64,000 nucleotides of DNA from an uncultured Candidatus Rokubacteria bacterium. GTDB taxonomy: Bacteria > Methylomirabilota > Methylomirabilia > Rokubacteriales > DASRDR01. Below, in pieces: positions 10,691 through 19,716 of this stretch. A model generated the notes under the pieces. That model searched no databases and was not told the DNA's origin. It worked only from the letters and a program-made list of their open reading frames with translations. The stretch is taken from assembly GCA_963826115.1 (NCBI GenBank), contig CAWGVS010000010.1:1-64000 (forward strand). Reading direction: 5' to 3'. Positions within the stretch are counted from its first letter, which is position 1. Each line of letters starts with the position of its first letter. The translations under genes and the position numbers were made by a program.

Positions 10691-10706
10691 TGGCAATTCG
10701 CTTGCA
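10691..10706 (+). promoter_or_regulatory. sigma-54 (-24/-12) promoter
   Basis: TGGCAATTCGCTTGCA fits TGGCAC-N5-TTGCW with exact spacing, ~50 bp before the start codon. Confidence 0.65.
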
Positions 10707-10758
10707 TCCTCATCCTGCCGTCATGCGAGGAGGGGTCCGCCCGGCCCGCGGAGCCGCC

Positions 10759-12990
10759 ATGCTGGGCCTTCCGGTCCTCCTCTGGGCCTGCCTGTTCGCG
10801 GGGTCGGCGCCCTCGACTCCGGCGGCGTCCGGCGACCGGGTCGACTTCCGGCGGGACATCCAGCCGATCTTCCAGGGGTCCTGCACGAAGTGCCACGGCG
10901 CGGTCCGGCAGCGGAGCCAGCTCCGCCTCGACTCGCGGTCGTACGCGCTCCACGGCGGGGTCATGGGACCCGTGATCGTGCCCGGCGACAGCGCGCGGAG
11001 CCGCCTCGCGCAGCTGATCGGCCACGCGGACCCGGCGGAGCGGATGCCCCAGCCGCCCACCGCGCCGGCTCTCTCCTCCGAGAAGGTCCAGCTCATCCGG
11101 CGCTGGATCGATCAGGGCGCCGTCTGGCTTGAGACCCCGGGCGAGCCGCGGTTCGAGCCCCACTGGGCGTATCGCGAGCCGGTTCGCCCGAGCCCGCCGC
11201 CGGTGCGGACGGCGGGCTGGACGCGGAATCCCATCGACGCGTTCGTCCTCGCGCGGCTCGAGCGCGAGGGGCTGGCGCCCTCGCCCGAGGCGCCGCGCGC
11301 GACCCTCATCCGCCGGGTGAGCCTCGACCTCACCGGGCTGCCGCCGACGCCGGCCGAGGTCGACGCCTTCGTCGCCGACAGCCGGCCCGACGCCTACCAG
11401 CGCGTCGTCGACCGCCTCCTCGCGTCACCGCACTACGGGGAGCGCTGGGCGCGGTCCTGGCTCGACCTCGTGCGCTACGCGGACACGGACGGCGGGAGCT
11501 GGGACCGGCCCCGGTCGATGTGGCCGTACCGCGACTGGGTGATCCGGGCGCTCAACCAGGACATGCCCTTCACGCGCTTCACCATCGAGCAGATCGCCGG
11601 CGACCTCCTGCCGGGCGCCACCGCCAGCCAGCTCGTCGCGGCGGGCATGCACGCCAACACGACCGTGAACCAGGAAGACGGCGTCGACCCCGAGGAGGTC
11701 CGCTGGGAGGCGCTCATCGATCAGGTCGACACCACGGCGACCGTGTGGCTCGGCGCGACCCTCGCGTGCGCCCGCTGCCACAACCACAAGTACGACCCGT
11801 TCACGCAGAAGGACTACTACCGGTTCCTCGCGTTCTTCAACCACGCGGACATCTACGAGTACGAGCTCCCGCGCATCCCCGACCCGGCGCGCGCCGGCAA
11901 GCCCGCGATGACGTCGGTGGTCATCGAGCATCCGACCGGGACTCCGACCGCGAACCTGCGCGTCCGGGGAACCTTCACGCAAAAGGGCGAGCTCCTTTCC
12001 GCCGGCACGCCGCGAATCCTCCACCCCATGCGGCGCGGCTGGCCCGTGAACCGCCTCGGGCTCGCGTACTGGCTGGTCGACGCGGCGAACCCCGTCACGG
12101 CGCGCGTCGTCGTCAACCGCTACTGGGGGGAGATCTTCGGGCGCGCGCTCGCGGAGACCGCCGAGGATCTCGGCACCCAGGGGACGCGGCCGTCCCACCC
12201 CGAGCTTCTCGACTGGCTGGCGACGGAGTTCGTGCGCGGCGGCTGGAGCATGAAGCGGATCCAGCGCGCGATCGTCACCTCCGCCACGTACCGCCAGGCC
12301 TCGCGCGTGACGCCGGCGCTCCTCGAGAAGGACCCCGACAACGTCCTCCTGGCGCGAGGCGCGCGGTTCCGCCTGCCCGCCGAGACCGTTCGCGACGTCG
12401 CGCTCGCGGCCAGCGGCCTCCTCGATCCGCGGATCGGAGGCCCGAGCGTCTTCCCGCCGCTGCCCGACGACCACGGGTTCGTCCCCAACAACAAGGGGCA
12501 GGCGACCTGGAGGACGAGCGGGGGCGAGGACGCCCGTCGTCGCGGACTCTACACGTTCTGGCGGCGCACCGCGCCGTACCCGGCCTTCGCGAACTTCGAC
12601 GCGCCGAGCCGCGAGGTCGCGACCGTCCGGCGCGCGCGGACGAACACGCCGCTCCAGGCGCTGAGCGCGCTGAACGACCCGGCGTTCGTGGACGCGGCGC
12701 GGGGCCTCGCCCGCCGCGTCGCGCGCGAGGCGCCGGCGGAGCCCGCGGCCCGCGCGGCCCACGCCTTCCGGCTCTGCGTCGCCCGGGTGCCGGCCCCGGA
12801 GGAGGTCGAGCTGCTGGTCGCCGAGTACCGGCGCGAGCGCGACCACTTCGCGGCCGATCCGGCGGCGGCGCGGCAGGTCGTCGGGGACGAGCGCGGCGCG
12901 GTCGCCGACGCGGCGCTGACCGACCTGGCGGCGTGGACCGTCGTATCGAGCGTTGTCCTGAACCTCGACGAGACCCTGACGAAGGAGTGA
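10759..12990 (+). CDS. planctomycete-type cytochrome c / DUF1549 (PSCyt2) / DUF1553 (PSD1) protein
   Basis: Signal peptide; CTKCH and CARCH heme motifs; [59 protein letters not shown] before the ATG. Confidence 0.93.
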   Translation: MLGLPVLLWACLFAGSAPSTPAASGDRVDFRRDIQPIFQGSCTKCHGAVRQRSQLRLDSRSYALHGGVMGPVIVPGDSARSRLAQLIGHADPAERMPQPPTAPALSSEKVQLIRRWIDQGAVWLETPGEPRFEPHWAYREPVRPSPPPVRTAGWTRNPIDAFVLARLEREGLAPSPEAPRATLIRRVSLDLTGLPPTPAEVDAFVADSRPDAYQRVVDRLLASPHYGERWARSWLDLVRYADTDGGSWDRPRSMWPYRDWVIRALNQDMPFTRFTIEQIAGDLLPGATASQLVAAGMHANTTVNQEDGVDPEEVRWEALIDQVDTTATVWLGATLACARCHNHKYDPFTQKDYYRFLAFFNHADIYEYELPRIPDPARAGKPAMTSVVIEHPTGTPTANLRVRGTFTQKGELLSAGTPRILHPMRRGWPVNRLGLAYWLVDAANPVTARVVVNRYWGEIFGRALAETAEDLGTQGTRPSHPELLDWLATEFVRGGWSMKRIQRAIVTSATYRQASRVTPALLEKDPDNVLLARGARFRLPAETVRDVALAASGLLDPRIGGPSVFPPLPDDHGFVPNNKGQATWRTSGGEDARRRGLYTFWRRTAPYPAFANFDAPSREVATVRRARTNTPLQALSALNDPAFVDAARGLARRVAREAPAEPAARAAHAFRLCVARVPAPEEVELLVAEYRRERDHFAADPAAARQVVGDERGAVADAALTDLAAWTVVSSVVLNLDETLTKE

Positions 12991-12992
12991 GC

Positions 12993-14441
12993 ATGGCTCC
13001 CGCGGAGAACCCCCTCTCCGGCCTCACGCGCCGGCACTTCTTCCAGCAGACCGGCTTCGGGATCGGCGGGATCGCCCTCCTGGCCCTCCTCCAGCCGGAC
13101 CTCTTCCGGGCGCGGCCGGCGGAGGCCGCCGACCCGATGGCGCCGCGCGCGCCCCACTTCGCGTCGAAGGCGAAGAACATCATCTTCCTCTTCATGGCCG
13201 GGGGGCCGTCGCAGGTCGACCTCTTCGACCCGAAGCCCCAGCTGACCGCGCACGACGGCGAGAAGATCCCGGAGGACATCATCAAGGGCGAGCGGTTCGC
13301 CTTCATCAAGGGCGTCCCGACCCTCCTCGGCTCCCCGTATCCGTTCCGCCGGCACGGGCGGAGCGGCGCCGCGTTCTCGAGCCTCCTCCCGCATCTCGCG
13401 GGGGTCGCCGACGACCTCCTGGTCCTGCGCTCGGTCCACACCGACCACTTCAACCACGCGCCGGCCCAGATCTTCATGAACTCCGGCCATCCGCTCGTCG
13501 GGCGCCCGAGCATGGGCTCGTGGCTCACGTACGGGATCGGGAGCGAGAACGCCGATCTGCCGGGGTTCGTCGTGCTCCTGTCCGGCCGGCCCGATCCCGG
13601 CGCCGGCAACACGTGCTGGGGCAGCGGGTTCCTGCCGACGGCCTACCAGGGCGTCGAGTTCCGCTCGAAGGGGGAGCCCGTGCCGAGCGTGTCGAACCCC
13701 GCGGGCATCACGCCGGAGGTGCGCCGCCGCGCGCTCGACACCGTGCGGAGCCTGAACGAGCGCCGCTACCTCGACGCGGGGGACCCCGAGATCGAGGGGC
13801 GCATCGCCGCGTACGAGAAGGCCTACCGGATGCAGACGAGCGTGCCCGAGCTGACCGACCTCGGGCGGGAGCCGCCGGCGGTCCACGCGATGTACGGGAC
13901 GACGCCGGGCGAGGCCTCGTTCGCGAACAACTGCCTTCTCGCCCGGCGGATGGTCGAGCGGGGCGTCCGCTTCGTCCAGCTCTACCACCGCGGCTGGGAC
14001 CACCACGGCGGGAAGGACCACGACATCTCGACCGGGCTCCCGCGCCTCTGCCAGGAGACGGACCGGCCGGCGGCGGCCCTGATCCGGGACCTCCGCCAGC
14101 GCGGGCTCCTCGACCAGACGCTGGTGATCTGGGGCGGCGAGTTCGGCCGGACGCCGATGAACGAGGGGCGCGAGGGCCCGCCCTACCTCGGGCGCGACCA
14201 CCATCCGCGCGCGTTCACGATGTGGCTCGCCGGCGGCGGCATCGCGGCGGGCGCCACGGTGGGGGCGACCGACGACCTCGGGTACGGCATCACCGAGGAC
14301 CCGGTGCACGTGCACGACCTCCACGCGACGGTCCTCGACCTGATGGGGCTCGACCACCTGAAGCTCACCTACCGCCACCAGGGCCGGGCCTTCCGGCTCA
14401 CCGACACCAGCGGGAAGGTCGTCCGGAAGCTCCAGGCCTGA
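12993..14441 (+). CDS. DUF1501 domain protein (sulfatase-like, Tat signal)
   Basis: TRRHFF Tat motif, [42 protein letters not shown]. Usual partner of DUF1549/1553 genes. Confidence 0.93.
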   Translation: MAPAENPLSGLTRRHFFQQTGFGIGGIALLALLQPDLFRARPAEAADPMAPRAPHFASKAKNIIFLFMAGGPSQVDLFDPKPQLTAHDGEKIPEDIIKGERFAFIKGVPTLLGSPYPFRRHGRSGAAFSSLLPHLAGVADDLLVLRSVHTDHFNHAPAQIFMNSGHPLVGRPSMGSWLTYGIGSENADLPGFVVLLSGRPDPGAGNTCWGSGFLPTAYQGVEFRSKGEPVPSVSNPAGITPEVRRRALDTVRSLNERRYLDAGDPEIEGRIAAYEKAYRMQTSVPELTDLGREPPAVHAMYGTTPGEASFANNCLLARRMVERGVRFVQLYHRGWDHHGGKDHDISTGLPRLCQETDRPAAALIRDLRQRGLLDQTLVIWGGEFGRTPMNEGREGPPYLGRDHHPRAFTMWLAGGGIAAGATVGATDDLGYGITEDPVHVHDLHATVLDLMGLDHLKLTYRHQGRAFRLTDTSGKVVRKLQA

Positions 14442-14483
14442 GCCCACGCGCGCCGGTGCGAGCGGCGCGCCTGGGCCCGGCGC

Positions 14484-14786
14484 TCAGTCGGCGGGCTCTC
14501 GGATCTGGGCGATCTTCCGGTCCCGGTCGCGGCCGTAGCGGTCGCGATCCCGGGCCAGCTCCTCGTTGAGCTTCTGGACCTCCTCCGCGCTCTGGGCCCG
14601 GCGGAGGGCGTCCCGGTGCAGGATCTCCCGCTCGGCCACCTTCGCGTCGTAGACGCGCCGCGCCTCCGCGATCGCCGTCTTCTGCGCGTCGGTGAGCGGG
14701 CGCTCCGTGACGCCGCCCTCCTTGTCCTTCTGGCGGAGGCGCTCCATGGCGAGCTCGTACGCGCTCTTCGGTCCGCTGTCCGTCAC
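14484..14786 (-). CDS. conserved hypothetical charged helical protein
   Basis: KSAYELAMERL...LTDAQKTAIAEARRVYDAKVAEREIL; coding-like codon usage; GAGG RBS before GTG. Confidence 0.75.
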   Translation of the reverse strand: MTDSGPKSAYELAMERLRQKDKEGGVTERPLTDAQKTAIAEARRVYDAKVAEREILHRDALRRAQSAEEVQKLNEELARDRDRYGRDRDRKIAQIREPAD

Positions 14787-14874
14787 GGTCGTCACCTCGC
14801 TGGTCGGGGGATGGCGGTAGTGTAGCGCGAGGGACGAGGTGACGCGATGGGAGGGATGCGCTAGCATCCTCGAC

Positions 14875-15612
14875 ATGCTCCCGATCACGCCGACCGTCCG
14901 CGCCGACCTCGCCCCGAGCGGCACGCTCCGCGCCGGGGTCAACTACGCGAACTTCATCCTCGCCACGCGGGACCCGGCGACCGGCGAGTCGCGGGGGGTT
15001 GCGATCGACATCGCCCACGACCTCGGCCGGCGGCTCGGGGTGCCGGTCACGCTCGTGCCCTACGAGAGCGTCGCGGCGATGGTCGACGCGGCGCGGACGG
15101 GCGCCTGGGACATCGCCTTCTGCGGCATCGACCCGGCCCGCGAGGGCGACATCGGCTTCAGCGCGGCCTACCTCGAGATCGAGGCGACCTACCTGGTGCC
15201 GGCCGGCTCGCCGATCCGGACCGTCGGCGACGTGGACCGGCCGGGCGTGCGCGTGGTCGCGGCGGCGCGCGCGAACTACGAGCTCTACCTGACCCGCGAG
15301 CTCAAGCGGGCGGAGCTCCTCCGCGCGCCCAACCACCCTGCCGCCTTCGAGATGCTCGAGACCGGGCAGGCCGACGCGCTCGCCGGGCTCCGGCAGGCGC
15401 TGCTCGGGCTCACGGAGCGGCTGCCGGGCTCGCGCATCCTCGACGGCCGGTTCATGGCCGTGCCGCAGGCGGTCGGCATGCCCCGCGGCCGCGACGCCGG
15501 GCTCGCCTACCTCCGGGCGGTCGTCGAGGAGGCGAAGGCCTCCGGCCTCGTCGCGCGCGCGCTCGAGCGGACGGGGGCGCGCGGCGTGGCCGTGGCGCCC
15601 CGCGCCGGATGA
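14875..15612 (+). CDS. amino-acid ABC transporter substrate-binding domain protein (family 3)
   Basis: DLAPSGTLRAGVN, GVAIDIA, WDIAF...DPAR, DVDRPGVRV, GSRILDGRF. Confidence 0.88.
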   Translation: MLPITPTVRADLAPSGTLRAGVNYANFILATRDPATGESRGVAIDIAHDLGRRLGVPVTLVPYESVAAMVDAARTGAWDIAFCGIDPAREGDIGFSAAYLEIEATYLVPAGSPIRTVGDVDRPGVRVVAAARANYELYLTRELKRAELLRAPNHPAAFEMLETGQADALAGLRQALLGLTERLPGSRILDGRFMAVPQAVGMPRGRDAGLAYLRAVVEEAKASGLVARALERTGARGVAVAPRAG

Positions 15613-16421
15613 TCCCGGACTTCCTCTACGGGACCGCCTGGAAGGAGGACCGGACCGCCGCGCTGACGGAGCTCGCGCTCCGCGCCGGCTTCCGCGGCAT
15701 CGACACCGCGAACCAGCGGCGCCACTACTTCGAGGCCGGGGTGGGGGAGGGCCTGGCCGCGGCCTACCGCGCGGGCGTCGTCTCGCGCGGCGACCTCTTC
15801 CTCCAGACGAAGTTCACGTACCGGCCGGGTCAGGATCACCGCCTCCCCTACGACCCGGCCGCCGATCTGTCGACGCAGGTCGCCCAGTCGCTCCGGAGCT
15901 CGCTCGAGCATCTCGGGACCGACCACGTGGACAGCTTCGTCCTCCACGGCCCCGCGTCCGGCCACGGCTGGACGGAGCACGACACCGAGGTGTGGGCGGC
16001 GATGGCGCGGGAGCGCGACGCGGGGCGCGCGCGGCTCCTCGGCGTCAGCAACGCCTCGCTCCGGCACCTCCAGCAGCTGGCGGCGACGGGCGCCGAGCCG
16101 CCGGCGTTCGTCCAGAACCGCTGCTTCGCCCGCCTCGGCTGGGACCGCGGCGTGCGGGCCTTCTGTGCCGAGCGGCGGATCGTCTACCAGGGGTTCTCGC
16201 TGCTGACCGCCAACCCGGAGGTCCTCGGCCACCCGCTGGTCCGCGCGATCGCCGGGCGGCTCCGGGCCACGCCGGCCCAGGTGGTGTTCCGGTTCTCGCA
16301 GGCGGTCGGCATGCTCCCCCTCACGGGCACGACGGACCCCGACCACATGCGACAGGACCTCGACAGCCGCGCGCTCAAGCTCGCGCCGGAGGAGGTGCAA
16401 GCGATCGACGAGCTCGCCTGA
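15609..16421 (+). CDS. aldo/keto reductase
   Basis: YGTAWK, GFRGIDTA, LFLQTKF, SLEHLGTDHVD..VLHGP, LGVSN. ATGA overlap with the upstream gene. Confidence 0.9.
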   Translation: MIPDFLYGTAWKEDRTAALTELALRAGFRGIDTANQRRHYFEAGVGEGLAAAYRAGVVSRGDLFLQTKFTYRPGQDHRLPYDPAADLSTQVAQSLRSSLEHLGTDHVDSFVLHGPASGHGWTEHDTEVWAAMARERDAGRARLLGVSNASLRHLQQLAATGAEPPAFVQNRCFARLGWDRGVRAFCAERRIVYQGFSLLTANPEVLGHPLVRAIAGRLRATPAQVVFRFSQAVGMLPLTGTTDPDHMRQDLDSRALKLAPEEVQAIDELA

Positions 16422-16464
16422 CGTCCAAGTGATGTAAATCATCCGGACCGAGAGGAGGACCTCC

Positions 16465-16992
16465 ATGGCTACCGAGCGTCCCCGGGTCATCGGTCTCCCG
16501 CAGCTCCTGGCTCTCAGGAAGCCGCTTCGCGAACGGCCGGCCCCCCTCGTTTTCTTCACGAAGAAGGAGTTCACGCGTCTGATCGCGGGCGCCGTGACGC
16601 TCCCGCGCCGCCCGCGCGGCGCGCCGCTCGCGGCCTTCGATCCCTGGCCGACCGGCGGGATGGTCCAGGGCAGGTGCGAGAGCCCGCCGGGCCAGACGTG
16701 CTTCGGGTGGTGGACGCCGGCCGGCGCGGACCACGGGAAGGGCGTCTACTTCGACTGCCGCTGCGTGGTGACCAAGGAGCCGGAGCCCCCGACCGTGAAG
16801 TGCCAGCTCATGCTCGCGGCGTCGGGCCGGTTCCAGTGCACCGGCACGTGCACGGGTCTCCAGACGTGCCAGCTCGGCGCGTGGCGGGATCCGGCGACGG
16901 GGCGGTACGTGCTGGACTGCCGCTGCGGCGGCGGGATCATCGCCACGGGCGCGCGGCGCACCGGCCGCGCGCGTCGGGCCCGGCGCCGCTAG
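16465..16992 (+). CDS. Cys-rich hypothetical protein with internal repeat
   Basis: Strong RBS GAGGAGG; 10 Cys; two C..QTC..W..G..DCRC units. Confidence 0.75.
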   Translation: MATERPRVIGLPQLLALRKPLRERPAPLVFFTKKEFTRLIAGAVTLPRRPRGAPLAAFDPWPTGGMVQGRCESPPGQTCFGWWTPAGADHGKGVYFDCRCVVTKEPEPPTVKCQLMLAASGRFQCTGTCTGLQTCQLGAWRDPATGRYVLDCRCGGGIIATGARRTGRARRARRR

Positions 16993-18092
16993 CCCCGCGT
17001 CTCGAGGTCGGCGAGCCGGGACGACGAGGTCGGCGCCGTCGGGAACGCGAGGTAGCTGAGAAGCCACCCCACGCCGCCCGCGATCACGACGGCGCCGGTC
17101 CAGAGGTGGACCGACCAGGCGACGCGCGCCCAGAGCATCACCGCGAGCATGTAGAGGAGATACTGCACGGCCGGGACGGCGAACGCGACGGCGCGCGTCG
17201 CCAGGACCCGCTCCGACGACGGCCGAAGCCACGCGAGCATCAGGTCCGACAGGATCCCGGCCAGGAGCGCGGCGCCGATCAACGGCGCCGGCCCCGTGTC
17301 CAGGTACTTGTCGTGGATGATCGTCATCATCGCGCCGTTCACCGTCAGGACGAACGTCAGGGCGCCCGCCGGAAGCGGCCGCTGGCGGAGCACGTAGAGG
17401 ACGAGCCCCATCAGGATGGCGGGCTGGACCAGGAACCCCGCGAAGCCCGCCGAGAGGTACGCCTGGGTCCCGGTCCGCGGCGTCTCGCTGACCCACGTCG
17501 ACGCGTGCGGGCTCACGTACTCGGTGAAGAAGGTCAGGAGCGAGAGGAAAACCGTCAGCGACACGACCATCGGCATCCGGGCGAGCCAGCTCGAGCGGGC
17601 CGGCCCGCGGAGCCCGGCGCGGAGCGGCCCGGTCACCATGAGCCCGCCGCCGAGCGCCAGCACCAGGTGGCTCGGGCTGATGAGCCCCTCCACGCCCTTC
17701 TCGATGCCGAAGACCACGTGCCACAGCATGTCGGCCCCGCCGCCGAAGAAGAACACGAAAGCGCCGGCGAGCGACGCCCGGTAACCGGGCGGCAGGGCCC
17801 GGGCGCGCGGCGCGCCGCGACGCCGGTTCCGGACGAAGGCCACCACGAGCGCGGCGGCGCCCGCCGCGTATCCCGAATAGAGGACGGCGTGCCACGGCGT
17901 GAAGAACGTCTCGAGCGCCGGCACGTGGATGTGCGCCCACCCGTCGAGATAGAGGCCGCCGATGAGCCAGGCTCCAAGAATGGCCATCAGCCAGTCGAAC
18001 GCCGGTCCGCCGACCGCCGCGTCGGGGCGTGCGGGCGCGCCCAGGCTCCGGGTACCGTGCTCCGGCTCGACGAGGACCGCGTGCTGTGCCAT
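16989..18092 (-). CDS. polytopic membrane protein with two D-x3-H...P-x-H motifs
   Basis: About 9-10 TM segments; LDGWAHIHVPALETFFTPWH and ADMLWHVVFGIEKGVEGLISPSH. Confidence 0.8.
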   Translation of the reverse strand: MAQHAVLVEPEHGTRSLGAPARPDAAVGGPAFDWLMAILGAWLIGGLYLDGWAHIHVPALETFFTPWHAVLYSGYAAGAAALVVAFVRNRRRGAPRARALPPGYRASLAGAFVFFFGGGADMLWHVVFGIEKGVEGLISPSHLVLALGGGLMVTGPLRAGLRGPARSSWLARMPMVVSLTVFLSLLTFFTEYVSPHASTWVSETPRTGTQAYLSAGFAGFLVQPAILMGLVLYVLRQRPLPAGALTFVLTVNGAMMTIIHDKYLDTGPAPLIGAALLAGILSDLMLAWLRPSSERVLATRAVAFAVPAVQYLLYMLAVMLWARVAWSVHLWTGAVVIAGGVGWLLSYLAFPTAPTSSSRLADLETRG

Positions 18093-18267
18093 TCCGTCCA
18101 GTGACAGTTTAGCGCGCTCCCGCGGGCCCGCGCCGGGCCGGCGCCTGACGCCCCACGGCGGCCGCTGGCCGATTCTCGTCACCGCGGTCACCCGGCGGCG
18201 ACGGACCGTCGGCGGGCAACCGCGCGGATCATTGTGAGAATCGCGACGACGCCTCGCGACCCGCCCG

Positions 18268-18283
18268 TGGCACATGCCTTGCT
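18268..18283 (+). promoter_or_regulatory. sigma-54 (-24/-12) promoter
   Basis: TGGCACATGCCTTGCT is a perfect consensus match, 75 bp before the ATG at 18358. Confidence 0.75.
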
Positions 18284-18357
18284 CGCCCCATCCGAAGCGC
18301 GACGACCGCGCCCGTTGCCCAGCCGTTCCCGACGAGGCGACGGGCCAGGAGGGGCCG

Positions 18358-19608
18358 ATGGCTCTCGACCGGGCGATCACGGGAATCGCACTCACCCTGG
18401 GACTGACCCTCGCGGGCCTGGCCGCACCCGGCCCGACCCTCGCGCAGGGGCCCACCCTGGCCGGGTGCCCGCTGCTTCCCGCCGACAGCGTCTGGAACGC
18501 CCGCGTGGACGGGCTCCCGGTGGCGGCCAGCTCCGCGAGCTACGTCTCGAGCATCGGGCCGACGCGCACGATGCACCCGGACTTCGGCGCCGGGATGTGG
18601 GACGGCGGGCCCATCGGCATGCCCTTCGTCACCGTGACGGGGAGCCAGCCGCGCGTGCCGGTCACGTTCGACTACGACGACGAGAGCGACCCCGGGCCGT
18701 ACCCGGTGCCCGCGAACGCGCCCATCGAGGGCGGCGCGCAGAGCAGCGGCGACCGGCACATCCTGGTCGTCGACACGTCGAGCTGCGTCCTCTACGAGCT
18801 CTACTACGCGTATCCCCATGCGGGCGGCGGCTGGCACGCGGGGTCGGGCGCGGTGTTCAACCTGCGCTCGAACGCGCTCCGGCCCGACACCTGGACGTCG
18901 GCCGACGCGGCGGGGCTGCCGATCCTGCCGGGCCTCGTCCGCTACGAGGAGGTCGCGGCGGGCGAGATCCGCCATGCGCTTCGCTTCACCGCGCCGGTGA
19001 CGCAGAAGCGCCACGTCTGGCCGGCGCGGCACGACGCCTCATCGAACACGAGCACCGCCGTCCCGCCGATGGGCCAGCGCTTCAGGCTGAAGGCCTCGTT
19101 CGACATCTCGAGCTTCCCGCCGGCGGTCCAGGTGATCCTGACCGCGCTGAAGCGCTACGGCATGATGCTGGCCGACAACGGCAGCGCCTGGTATCTCGGC
19201 GGCGTGCCCGACCCGCGCTGGAACGACGACGAGCTGGTGGGGAGCCTCCGGCGGGTGCCGGGGAGCGCCTTCGAGGCGGTCGACGTGTCCCCGCTCATGG
19301 TCGCCGCGAGCTCGGGTCAGGCGAAGACCGCGTCCGGGACGCCCGCCCCGCCGCCGCCGGCGCCCGCCCCGGTGAAAGCCTACACGCTGACCGTGAAGGT
19401 CACCGGTGGCGCGGGCACCGTGACCAGCACGCCCGCTGGGATCAAGTGCACGTCGGGCGTGTGCGGCGCGAGCTTCCCCTCGGGGACCCGGGTCACGCTG
19501 AAGCCATCCGGACGCACGCTCAGGGACTGGAGCGGCGCGTGCTCCGGCAGCGGCGGGTGTGCCGTGACGATGACGAAGGCCCAGACGGTCACCGCCCGGT
19601 TCCGCTGA
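18358..19608 (+). CDS. secreted protein: conserved unknown domain, Pro-rich linker and divergent InlB B-repeat
   Basis: Signal peptide; DESDPGPYP, GDRH, WTSADAAGLPI, HALRFT, YGMMLADNGS; C-terminal YTLTV..TG.GTVTSTPAGIKC....C.ASF..GT.VTL....WSGAC. Confidence 0.85.
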   Translation: MALDRAITGIALTLGLTLAGLAAPGPTLAQGPTLAGCPLLPADSVWNARVDGLPVAASSASYVSSIGPTRTMHPDFGAGMWDGGPIGMPFVTVTGSQPRVPVTFDYDDESDPGPYPVPANAPIEGGAQSSGDRHILVVDTSSCVLYELYYAYPHAGGGWHAGSGAVFNLRSNALRPDTWTSADAAGLPILPGLVRYEEVAAGEIRHALRFTAPVTQKRHVWPARHDASSNTSTAVPPMGQRFRLKASFDISSFPPAVQVILTALKRYGMMLADNGSAWYLGGVPDPRWNDDELVGSLRRVPGSAFEAVDVSPLMVAASSGQAKTASGTPAPPPPAPAPVKAYTLTVKVTGGAGTVTSTPAGIKCTSGVCGASFPSGTRVTLKPSGRTLRDWSGACSGSGGCAVTMTKAQTVTARFR

Positions 19609-19716
19609 GCCGACCCCGTCGGCCGATCCACCGCGGCCGCCGCCGGCGGCCGCCGTGACGCCGGGCGTCCCCCGGGGCCACCCGGCGCGCCTTCGCCCGC
19701 GCATCGGCTATTCGAG

